This document shows positions 1 through 8,539 of a stretch of 17,023 bases of DNA, piece after piece. Origin of the DNA: Ginkgo biloba. Its lineage: Eukaryota; Plantae; Ginkgophyta. Within the stretch, counting starts at the first letter, position 1. Every line of letters starts with the position of its first letter. Location of the stretch: NCBI GenBank assembly GCA_024626585.2, contig JANKJI020000004.1:110634728-110651750 (forward strand). Reading direction: 5' to 3'. A program made the position numbers and the translations under genes. The notes beneath the pieces were generated by a model. That model was not told where the DNA came from. It saw nothing but the letters and a program-made list of their open reading frames with translations, and ran no database searches.

Positions 1-39
1 GGGGTTTACCCCCTTGGAATACTAAGTGTGTTAGAGAGT

Positions 40-521
40 GTGTGTGGTTGTTAAACTGCGCCTTGGAGTTATGTTCAAGGAAGAAAAGAAAGGAACAAGA
101 ATGATAGCAATTCGTGATTCTTTATTTAAATTAAATGTTTCCCTTCTTGAGATTAAGGTCTTATAGGATGGAATTAAGAGACTTTGGAATGCTTTTCCCA
201 AATCTAAAGGTAAAATACAATGGATTCAATGGTAGGTTGATGCAATTGAGNNNNNNNNNNNNNNNNNNNNNCTTTCTCAAGAGGGCTTGGCAAACAAATT
301 GTAGAAATTAGAGCAAAGCTTGTAGATGCACTGATCTCTAGGAAAATGGTGTTTAGCCTCCACCTAGAGCTGATGGGAGCAAACTTGTAATTTGCTAATG
401 GGAAATTGCACACCACGTGACATGTGTAGACGCAAAATACCTTGGTTGATCATTGGTGCACTTCGGTGTGCAAAGAAAGTGCTCAACATAGTAGGCCTTT
501 TTTTGGACTAAGAGGTCTGAG
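40..521 (+). mobile_element. Degenerate LINE ORF2 fragment (linker between endonuclease and RT)
   Basis: Plus-strand translation gives FKLNVSLLEIKVL*DGIKRLWNAFPKSKGKIQWIQW*VDAIE, then after the N run FSRGLGKQIVEIRAKL...SAQHSRPFFGL. This resembles the F(K/R)(F/L)N..(W/L)L...I...W......W linker that follows the APE domain in plant L1 ORF2. It contains stops and has no diagnostic catalytic motif. Confidence 0.4.
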
Positions 522-531
522 NNNNNNNNNN

Positions 532-628
532 TAACTAGATTCCTGTACTCCTTTCTTAGCTTCCCAATAGAGCCTTTCCAATAGGAATTTGTCAGACCTC
601 TCACATTCTATATAAAACAACTAATCAT
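532..628 (-). pseudogene. LINE ORF2 N-terminus (APE endonuclease start), truncated at N gap
   Basis: ATG at 628 (minus) reads MISCFI*NVRGLTNSYWKGSIGKLRKEYRNLV, matching the (S)WNVRGL motif that opens L1 ORF2 (TGG>TAG). It overlaps the ORF1 stop. Confidence 0.8.
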
Positions 629-1989
629 ATGTAACAATTAGATTTTCTACGTCCATCCTATCACTGACACCCTCATCTTCATCTAAGGTTGGATCAAAAG
701 GGTTGCAAGTGTTCATACCTTTGAACCTTTTTCTCTTGGTTTTCCAAATAGTTGCTTGAAGTGATTAGTTTTTTGCCACTTTTATCTAGAATGATTAAAA
801 AGAGGCATATTCTCGTGCAACAATAGAGGAAACCTAGTTCTAGCTTTTTGACTTACAGGCTTCTGGAACTGGTTTTGGCTTCCTTCCATGGAACCACAAT
901 TGAGGATATAACATTGGATTTCATTCTTGCTAGCAATTCACTTGGCTTGGGCCTTGTTTTTATTCATGCCTCCGGCTTTTACATTGGTGGTCACTTTGTG
1001 CCCATAGATTTCCTTCTTTTGTGGTTAATATGGAGTCGTGTGATCACTTACACGAGGTCGTGTCATCTGTATGGGGTTGGCTGGCTAGCAGATGAGTTCA
1101 ATGCGCTACCACCCATCACCTTCAGTGGCTTGGGTGGTAGAGTCTTTCTTATCAAGTTTGGAAGGCAAATTCTCCTTTTTAGCAACTGAGTCAACTTGTG
1201 GGGCTTGTTCACTCTTCTCCTTTGCCATCAAAGGATAATGTTTTATCTTATGCTTTGAGCTTTGGCAAGTAAAGAAGGTATTTGGCACATTTAGATACGT
1301 AAGAGGTTAAACTAGGATATCCTTACCATAGTGAATGGTGATTTCTCACTTTAGCTCTTGGGAAAGGTCTACTTTAATGTAGGCTCTCCTGTTTGGCCTA
1401 GGCTTAAATAGTTTGTTTGGTTCACGACACATAGAAGTGCCAATGGGAGCTACAATGGAGTTTAAAAACTCCCAATAAGGTATAGGCAACCAAAGAAATT
1501 TGACTCACACTGGGCAATCATTGGACACATCTTTTTCTATTGAGAAATCCTTAAGTGCACGTAAATAGAACATTAAGGTTGCACCTATAGGTCAAGGGCC
1601 TCTTAACAATATTTCATTGCTCATTTTTGGCATCTAAAAAACAATTCAGTAAAACCCCTGATTGAGGTACTATATGGAAACAAGTTTTCATTTGTATAAC
1701 TCTCATGTTTCTTGCATCCAGGCTTTTAGCATAATAGTCTTAGCATGGGGGGAGGGGAGTAGCCTATCAAAGTTTTGGAGGCAAGATTATGAGACATGGA
1801 TTTCAATTGCTCTAGATCGATGATAACATCAAGAGAATCAAGATTACCTCATGCTATTCTTTTAGGAAAAATTTCTTGGGTTGCTCAGTTGCCATTAAGC
1901 AAAGCTCCAACTATTATAGACTTGGTTTTAGAATTAAAAAAAGAAGAAGAATGTGAAGTCCAGTTCAAAACAAGCTCAATCGCAACCAT
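621..1989 (-). pseudogene. LINE (plant L1 clade) ORF1 pseudogene: DUF4283-like domain + CCHC zinc knuckle
   Basis: Minus-strand translation with stops and at least one frameshift: DVIIDLEQLKSMSHNLASKTLIGY...LKAWMQET*...GFY*IVF*...ILLRGP*PIG...CPV*VKFLWLPIPYWEFLNSIVAPIG...RAYIKVDLSQEL...YLNVPNTFFTCQSSKHKIKHYP. These match the DUF4283 GPW / PVWV..LP..W / IG motifs and a decayed Cx2Cx4Hx4C. The C-terminus NPFDPTLDEDE...TYD* ends at 621. Confidence 0.85.
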
Positions 1990-2039
1990 ATCAAAAGTGT
2001 ATTTGCGAAAGATGGTAGTTTTTAAGGCTTAGCCAAATC

Positions 2040-3040
2040 TAAATAATTGTCTTAACACAATAACAATTAGAGAAGGACATGGTAGATATTGCATTGACTC
2101 TAAAATGAGTTGGCTCAGTCTTATGAATTGAATTACTTCAACCCACTCACAACTCATTTCCTCACAACACGCTCCCATTGTCACCCCGCTCCCAAAACAA
2201 ACTAGATATTCGACACAATGTTTTTCTTTTCTCATTTGAAGATGAAACCAATTCTGAGAAGGTTCTAAAATAAGGTGCATGGTAATACAGTCATAATATG
2301 TCTGTTAAGCAGAAGATGTCTCTTGATTTTCTTTTTTTTGGGTTTAAATCCTAAAACCAATTTTTTGCCCCATTCGGGTTGAGGTTAAGTATCTGCTTGC
2401 TGAGCTATGAAATTTTTTTCTCGAGATCTTAAAACCTGTTGAAAAATTCATTGCCTTTGAGCAAACTTCAAAATTCGTTCCTAAATCTAATTTAAAGGTT
2501 TGTATAGCAATGAATCGAGGCAATGATTAAATGGAAGCAATTTAAATGAAGATTGATTCTAAATGGCTCCAAACTTAGATTTCAATATTTTGGCCTTCCT
2601 AGTCCTTTCTTTCATTGTTTTGAAATGGGACATAGAATTAAAGAATGACCTAAACTGATTTGTAGGCATCCTTCACAACCTAAGGGAAAAATTGTAGAAA
2701 AAAAAACCTGTGCTATTCTTCCTCAACCACCATGCATTTACTATTAGCCTCAACATCTTCCTCTTTCCTCAATCCCTCAAGAAAAAGATTCCATATATGA
2801 AGATTTACATAAAATAGGAAACAAACCCTTGGAAGTTGTGCCAACCTCTCTTATTGCAATCCATTCAATTTGTAGTGAAAAAACTAGTTTCATTGAAATT
2901 GAGGTTTCTAGTTATTCTCCCATGAGTAGAGTCAATTTATTTTTTAAGAAATTGGTTGGTTTCCTTGAGCTATACATGGTGAAGAGGTTAATGTTAGTAA
3001 TAAATTTGACATGTGGACTCAGAAGAAGCTACTAGTTTAA
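2040..3040 (+). pseudogene. Second LINE ORF1 pseudogene (DUF4283-like + CCHC), apparently 5'-truncated
   Basis: Plus-strand pieces: FSFEDETNSEKVLK*GAW*YSHNMSVKQKMSLDF; CPIRVEVKYLLAEL*NFFLEILKPVEKFIAFEQ...KVCIAM; FQYFGLPSPFFHCFEMGHRIKE*PKL (decayed CFxCxxxGHxxKECP). Multiple stops and frameshifts; the left boundary is approximate. Confidence 0.8.
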
Positions 3041-3041
3041 A

Positions 3042-3255
3042 ATGAAACTTGGCTCTTGGAATGTGAGGGGGTTGAAAGGCTTTAATAGAAGATCAATTGT
3101 GAGATGTGTTTTTTCATTTGCGTAAGGGGATTGATTTNNNNNNNNNNNNNNTGCAAGAAATTGAGGGCATTGGTTTTAAGATTGAAACCCCATTTCATAT
3201 GTAAATTGAGTTGTTGTGCACCCATTTGCACGCTTAACAAGGAAGATGGTGGTCT
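3042..3255 (+). pseudogene. LINE ORF2 N-terminus (APE endonuclease) of the plus-strand LINE
   Basis: ATG at 3042 reads MKLGSWNVRGLKGFNRRSIVR. After the short N run comes (L)QEIEGIGFKIE, giving the SWNVRGL and LQE motifs of L1 endonucleases. Confidence 0.88.
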
Positions 3256-3389
3256 TATGGGCCCAATCTTAACTCCAATAGACATCCCTTAACCTCGCTT
3301 GACTCTAATTTGACTTTTGGCAGAGGTCCTTAACCAATCTGACGCCCAACTGATCTGTTTGAACTTTTTAACTCTTGTAGCTGACCTAA

Positions 3390-3982
3390 CTACCATTAAT
3401 ATGGCCATGCAATCTCCTAAGGCCCTTGCAAACCTGTCTTGTGACTACCATAAGCTCTTGCATGGGTTTTTCAAGTTTGTTTGAGGGAAATTACCTCCTG
3501 TAGATCTTATATCTTTAGTTTCTCTCTTTCTCCTTACAAAAAGCTCTATTTTGTCTTGGGCTATATAGAAGGTGATGGAGGTAGGTTTTCTTTCTTTGAT
3601 ACAATTTGGTCCTGACTTGTAGATGTGGTCGTTTATTAATTGGAAATAACAACATGATAGTAAATGCCTACTTTTTCACCTGTAGATGTCATAGTTATAA
3701 TTTCATTCATGCACACATCCCCAAAGTGATTTCGCATTGGATTTACACTTTTTGAAAAATTTAGTGTTGTGGTTCCTGTTATAGCGCAGTCAACCTTGGT
3801 CAAAATACGGTCCAAGGAGGAAAGAAGAAGCTCGAATGCAATAATGAAGTCTAAGGAAGTCAAACGACCCTTATCAGCAAGGTTGCCAAGATTTGTGAGT
3901 GCAGGGATGACATTTTTGGAAGGGTGGTTCGTAGGTACGAGAGTGTTGCTATATATATAGATATTAAAAATTAAAAGTTTAA
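3390..3982 (+). mobile_element. Possible LINE ORF2 C-terminal region (zf-RVT-like) and 3' end
   Basis: Frameshifted pieces LIWPCNL/PKALANLSCDYHKLL/FQVCLREITSCRSYIFSF/LGYIEGDGGRFSFFDTIWS*LVDVVVY/WK*QHD loosely follow the IW...PK...H..L...C..C...E...H+F.C...W.IWK.R pattern. An A-rich stretch follows before the gap. Highly decayed. Confidence 0.35.
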
Positions 3983-4844
3983 NNNNNNNNNNNNNNNNNN
4001 NNNNNNNNNNNNNNNNNNNNNNNNNNNNNNNNNNNNNNNNNNNNNNNNNNNNNNNNNNNNNNNNNNNNNNNNNNNNNNNNNNNNNNNNNNNNNNNNNNNN
4101 NNNNNNNNNNNNNNNNNNNNNNNNNNNNNNNNNNNNNNNNNNNNNNNNNNNNNNNNNNNNNNNNNNNNNNNNNNNNNNNNNNNNNNNNNNNNNNNNNNNN
4201 NNNNNNNNNNNNNNNNNNNNNNNNNNNNNNNNNNNNNNNNNNNNNNNNNNNNNNNNNNNNNNNNNNNNNNNNNNNNNNNNNNNNNNNNNNNNNNNNNNNN
4301 NNNNNNNNNNNNNNNNNNNNNNNNNNNNNNNNNNNNNNNNNNNNNNNNNNNNNNNNNNNNNNNNNNNNNNNNNNNNNNNNNNNNNNNNNNNNNNNNNNNN
4401 NNNNNNNNNNNNNNNNNNNNNNNNNNNNNNNNNNNNNNNNNNNNNNNNNNNNNNNNNNNNNNNNNNNNNNNNNNNNNNNNNNNNNNNNNNNNNNNNNNNN
4501 NNNNNNNNNNNNNNNNNNNNNNNNNNNNNNNNNNNNNNNNNNNNNNNNNNNNNNNNNNNNNNNNNNNNNNNNNNNNNNNNNNNNNNNNNNNNNNNNNNNN
4601 NNNNNNNNNNNNNNNNNNNNNNNNNNNNNNNNNNNNNNNNNNNNNNNNNNNNNNNNNNNNNNNNNNNNNNNNNNNNNNNNNNNNNNNNNNNNNNNNNNNN
4701 NNNNNNNNNNNNNNNNNNNNNNNNNNNNNNNNNNNNNNNNNNNNNNNNNNNNNNNNNNNNNNNNNNNNNNNNNNNNNNNNNNNNNNNNNNNNNNNNNNNN
4801 NNNNNNNNNNNNNNNNNNNNNNNNNNNNNNNNNNNNNNNNNNNA

Positions 4845-5880
4845 TATTTTCTTCTATTCACAAGATGGGAAGGATTACATCATACAACAAAAGGTTTCCT
4901 AAGACCAGGCATCTTCTACAGACATGACCTTAGAGGCGAGGTATTCCTCATAGGGAAGAAGAGATCTTGGTCACCATGCAGGGCGCCAGAACACAAACCT
5001 ACAATAAAGGCCCTCGGTCACCACACAAGGCTCCAAGACACAAGTTATTTAATTGCTAAACCTAACACATTTCAAACCCTAGTTGAGCCTCATAGGGTTC
5101 CAATGCTTAGGGTAATAGCAAGATCCAACAAACCAAAGTTGGACCTGATACAAAAACAAGATACTAGATAGCCACGCAGGGCATCAAGAGCTTAGACAAA
5201 ACCACACAAGTAAACTAGTAAAAAAAGTGTTGGGTATCTAGGTCACCACGCATGGCGCCATACCCGAAATAAGAACTAGAACAAGAAGCCATGCAAAATC
5301 GAGGTTAAGATGCCAAAAAAAAGACAACCCCGGACACAAAGAAACCCAAAGAGCTCAACTCCCCGAACAACCAACGCTTGGTCGTCGAATAGTTGCAGCA
5401 AGTCGTACGAGGGACAACACCCCATCTCTTAGCATGCAGAGCGCCATGCCCAAAACAAGAGCAGGGAACTAACGACCATGCAAAGACTAGGGGCTAAGAG
5501 GCCGCTAATTGTTGTACCCCTAGATCTGAAATAGCCGCACCTCACATTGCGTGGGGAAGAGCAACCATGGATGAAGAAATCAAGCAAGCATCAGACTCTA
5601 GGGGAACAAGAACACCCCTAGACACAAAATCACGGCCTCACCTTGGCCACCATGAGCATTGAACCTCCATTGAATTGAATCTTGCAAACAACATAACCAG
5701 AACTACCAAGCAACGTGCCAAAGACGTCTTGCTCCAAGATGGAGGCCCACCTCCCCTTCACGTTCCGCCATCCTCATGCCTCTACCGACATAAGAACTAA
5801 ACCCTAGAAGGGTTAAAAGTAGAGGAGGGCCACCATTAGGAAGGAAAAGAGGCACCTCTCTCTGAACCCTAGTGGAGCTC
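4845..5880 (-). mobile_element. Putative non-coding, non-autonomous retroposon-like repeat (~1 kb)
   Basis: The block is visibly GC-richer and strand-skewed (A/C-rich on plus), with an abrupt switch to very AT-rich DNA at ~5880. The minus strand ends ...TGTAATCCTTCCCATCTTGTGAATAGAAGAAAAT at the gap, like a retroposon 3' end. It has no long ORF and carries internal repeats. The TSD cannot be checked because of the N gap. Confidence 0.4.
4969..5260. repeat. Four dispersed copies of 20-bp motif GGTCACCACGCAGGGCGCCA
   Basis: 4969-4988 GGTCACCATGCAGGGCGCCA; 5016-5035 GGTCACCACACAAGGCTCCA; 5167-5186 GATAGCCACGCAGGGCATCA; 5241-5260 GGTCACCACGCATGGCGCCA. A partial copy CATGCAGAGCGCCA lies at 5433-5446. 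Confidence 0.85.
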
Positions 5881-6544
5881 AATGTTAGTAAATTATTATT
5901 ACATAAAGTCAAATTTTATTCCAGTTTATTAAGCCATATATTTAATAATAAAAGTTATTTGTCATGACAAATTATATCTCCATCATATAATTTTCTTCCA
6001 TAATAAAGGTATCATTCCATTAGATAGAAAATTTAACAAGGCCTATTTGAAATTATTCATTGCCATTATTATTATGCACATTTTGATGTGTAAATATTTG
6101 TAGTCATATTATGTGCTACAATCCCCATAATATTTGTAGTCATGTTTTGCATAAATGAGTATGAATTTGACTATTTTATTTATTTTAAAAATTAAGAAAT
6201 TATGAGATACCACATCCTTCAAATCATTTTCAAAATATGCATCTATAGTAGCATTCGAAGAGTTTAATTAAATATTTATAGATCCACATTAGTTAGTTAA
6301 TTTTAAAATGTATTAGTCTTTGGTCTAATAAAATAATCTATAAAATGTGTATATTTATATCTATTTAGATTATTCATAAGATATTCTAGAGTGCCTATTA
6401 TACATAGGCCAATACTGTTAATAAATAGATCTATAATTTTATTGNNNNNNNNNNNNNNNNNNNNNNNNNNNNNNNNNNNNNNNNNNNNNNNNNNNNNNNN
6501 NNNNNNNNNNNNNNNNNNNNNNNNNNNNNNNNNNNNNNNNNNNN

Positions 6545-7121
6545 CAAGGAACTTCGAGGAGACTTCAGTGTTATGGTCTGTGCTAGCAGACATAGTGGGG
6601 GTTGAATATCCCGACTAACTATTACTATGAGCTCTTGTGTTATATTTAGGTACAGTCAAGTTGAGTCGTTTAAGGCGGGGTCTATCAATACTATAGAGAG
6701 AGGACCCTATTACCAAAAGGAGGGCTTGGAGCCTGAGGCCTTGGCACTCTTCTAAGCTACAAGGGGTGGACCCAAACAGGGATTCTATTTGGGGATGACA
6801 GTGAGCCTTGATGGCATTAGAGGTTTGGTTGGTAACTACGGTGAAGCCCTCTAGGGGTGCTCATGGCCAACAATAGGAGTGTATTGCCTGTTGTCAAGTC
6901 CTAAACCTAGCAATCCACCTTGGCATTTGTATAGTGGTATATCTTCATTCTTATATTGTGTATGATTTATTTATTGCGCTTATTTATTTATATGAACTTA
7001 AGCAAATTGTGATGGTGATGATGATTTCTGAATTACCATGTTATGGAATGTTTTATATCAATTGCCATAGAAAGCTTACAGGGTTAAGGTGGGACTGTTA
7101 CAGTTCCCCTTCATCTTATCT
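6545..7121 (-). mobile_element. Probable 3' LTR (partial) with upstream polypurine tract of an LTR retrotransposon
   Basis: On the minus strand the purine-rich tract AGATAAGATGAAGGGGAAC (7121-7103) is immediately followed by TGTAACAGTCCC (from 7102), the usual PPT/TG-LTR junction. The other LTR end is lost in the 100-N gap. Confidence 0.55.
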
Positions 7122-7612
7122 GTTTGTTGAGTGCCAAGTGGTCAAATTGATTAGCTNNNNNNNNNNNNNNNNNNNNNNNNNNNNNNNNNNNNNNNNNNNN
7201 NNNNNNNNNNNNNNNNNNNNNNNNNNNNNNNNNNNNNNNNNNNNNNNNNNNNNNNNNNNNNNNNNNNNNNNNNNNNNNNNNNNNNNNNNNNNNNNACCTT
7301 TCTAATATTCCATTACCTTCTATCACTTCTGTTCGTCTATGCATTTGAAATCCTTTCCAGTCTAGTTTTTGGTAGATTTGTTGCCCAGGGTATAAATCCT
7401 TTAGCTAAATTGGCATGACTTAAACCAATTTTGAAAAACTAGTTATATTAATTCTCCTTATTTTCCTTGAACTTTATTGAAACAATTCTATCCTTCCCTC
7501 ACATTTTAATTGCACCATATGTTACAATATTGTGTAGAGCTAAGACGCAGTGTGTGCCTAGTTGGGTATGCAGTTTCATACTAAATGACAAATTAAAGCT
7601 AACTGGAAACAG

Positions 7613-8539
7613 GATTGTGTTGAAATAATCCGTGCCTTTGACATGCATGGCATCTGGATAACAGAGCCTTTCTATTGCATTGTACCCCCAATAGTTATGA
7701 AAGTTCCAAACAGAGTATGAATGTCAAAAGCTCTAAAGTTTTCTTGCTGGGGCATAGGTTTCAATTTACATCCACAATCACAAGCAGATATGTGAATAGG
7801 AATTCCTACCAAGCCTACGAAGATGTCTTCACTCGAGCCATATGTGAGCTATCCATGTATATGAGAAAACCTATGTGCTGAAATTGTGTATCTAGTATTC
7901 CCATCGCAAATGGACTTATATGAAAGATAAGTGCATTCATGCATAGGGGCATAGAAAATGGAAGCATATGTCTCTTAACAAGAGCAAGAACCCTGTAAAC
8001 TCTATGGTGGGGAAGCCTTGAAACTGCCCTAATCGATCAATACAACAAGAGTCTCATCTTAAGAATGACCCTTCTAGAGACTTACTAAGGGAGGACTTGA
8101 TATCTACCTTCCTCACAATGCCTCCTTTTATACAAAACTGGCCATTTAAGGTCGTCCTATGCATGCTTGCTATTTAGCAGCCAACTGCATAATAAGCTCT
8201 CACACACCTTTATTAGCTAAGCTCGTGATCACACATACAACTTAGGTAGGAAGGTAGCCCCAAGATTGCCCCACAAGAGGTATGATTATTTTCAACACAT
8301 GCAAATTTCTTTTATGCTTGGATAATTGAAAATTTGTTTGCATTTCCCAGCAAGCCTTTGTCTCTCCAATTGTAACTTGCCTGCTAGTTTGCTTTCAAAT
8401 GTGAGTTTCTTCTATTTTAAAGTAATTTTCCAACTTAAAGAATCCATGACAGATTAAAGTTGGTCATATCATTTTTCAAGTGCTTTACTGATTTCCAAAA
8501 CAGGCGTTCAATGTCCGAGATTTCAATTTGATTTCAGAA
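7613..8539 (+). pseudogene. Spliced gene fragment of unknown product (exons 7613-7715, 8351-8400, 8504-~8539), interrupted by an insertion
   Basis: Acceptor GCTAACTGGAAACAG|7613; donor AGAG|GTATGA at 8280; 71-nt T-rich intron ending TTTCCCAG|8351; donor AAT|GTGAGT at 8401; 103-nt intron ending TACTGATTTCCAAAACAG|8504. Phases 0/1/0 join into a stop-free 63-codon frame DCVEIIRAFDMHGIWITEPFYCIVPPIVMKVPNRASLCLSNCNLPASLLSNAFNVRDFNLISE once 7716-8279 is removed. The end of the third exon is uncertain (gap at 8548). Confidence 0.6.
7716..8275 (-). mobile_element. Solo-LTR-like insertion (~560 bp) with AGAG target-site duplication
   Basis: AGAG at 7712-7715 and 8276-8279. The minus strand starts TGTGGGGCAA and ends GACATTCATA (CA>TA). 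A TATA-like TATAAAAGG lies on the minus strand at 8132-8124, ~145 bp from the 5' end. No adjacent PBS or PPT was seen. Confidence 0.6.

Noticed and set aside
848-1189. 113-aa hydrophobic plus-strand ORF
   Set aside because: It is the antisense shadow of the Lys/Asn-rich LINE ORF1 tail and has a TTG start.
3971-4861. 296-aa ORF and other ORF-track entries spanning N runs
   Set aside because: They are artefacts of translating through Ns.
4969-5260. CRISPR-like reading of the 20-bp repeats
   Set aside because: The context is eukaryotic, spacing is irregular (47/151/74), the repeats are degenerate and there are no cas genes.
6093-6143. 15-bp direct repeat AATATTTGTAGTCAT (6093-6107, 6129-6143)
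   Set aside because: Two copies in very AT-rich DNA are an ordinary local duplication.
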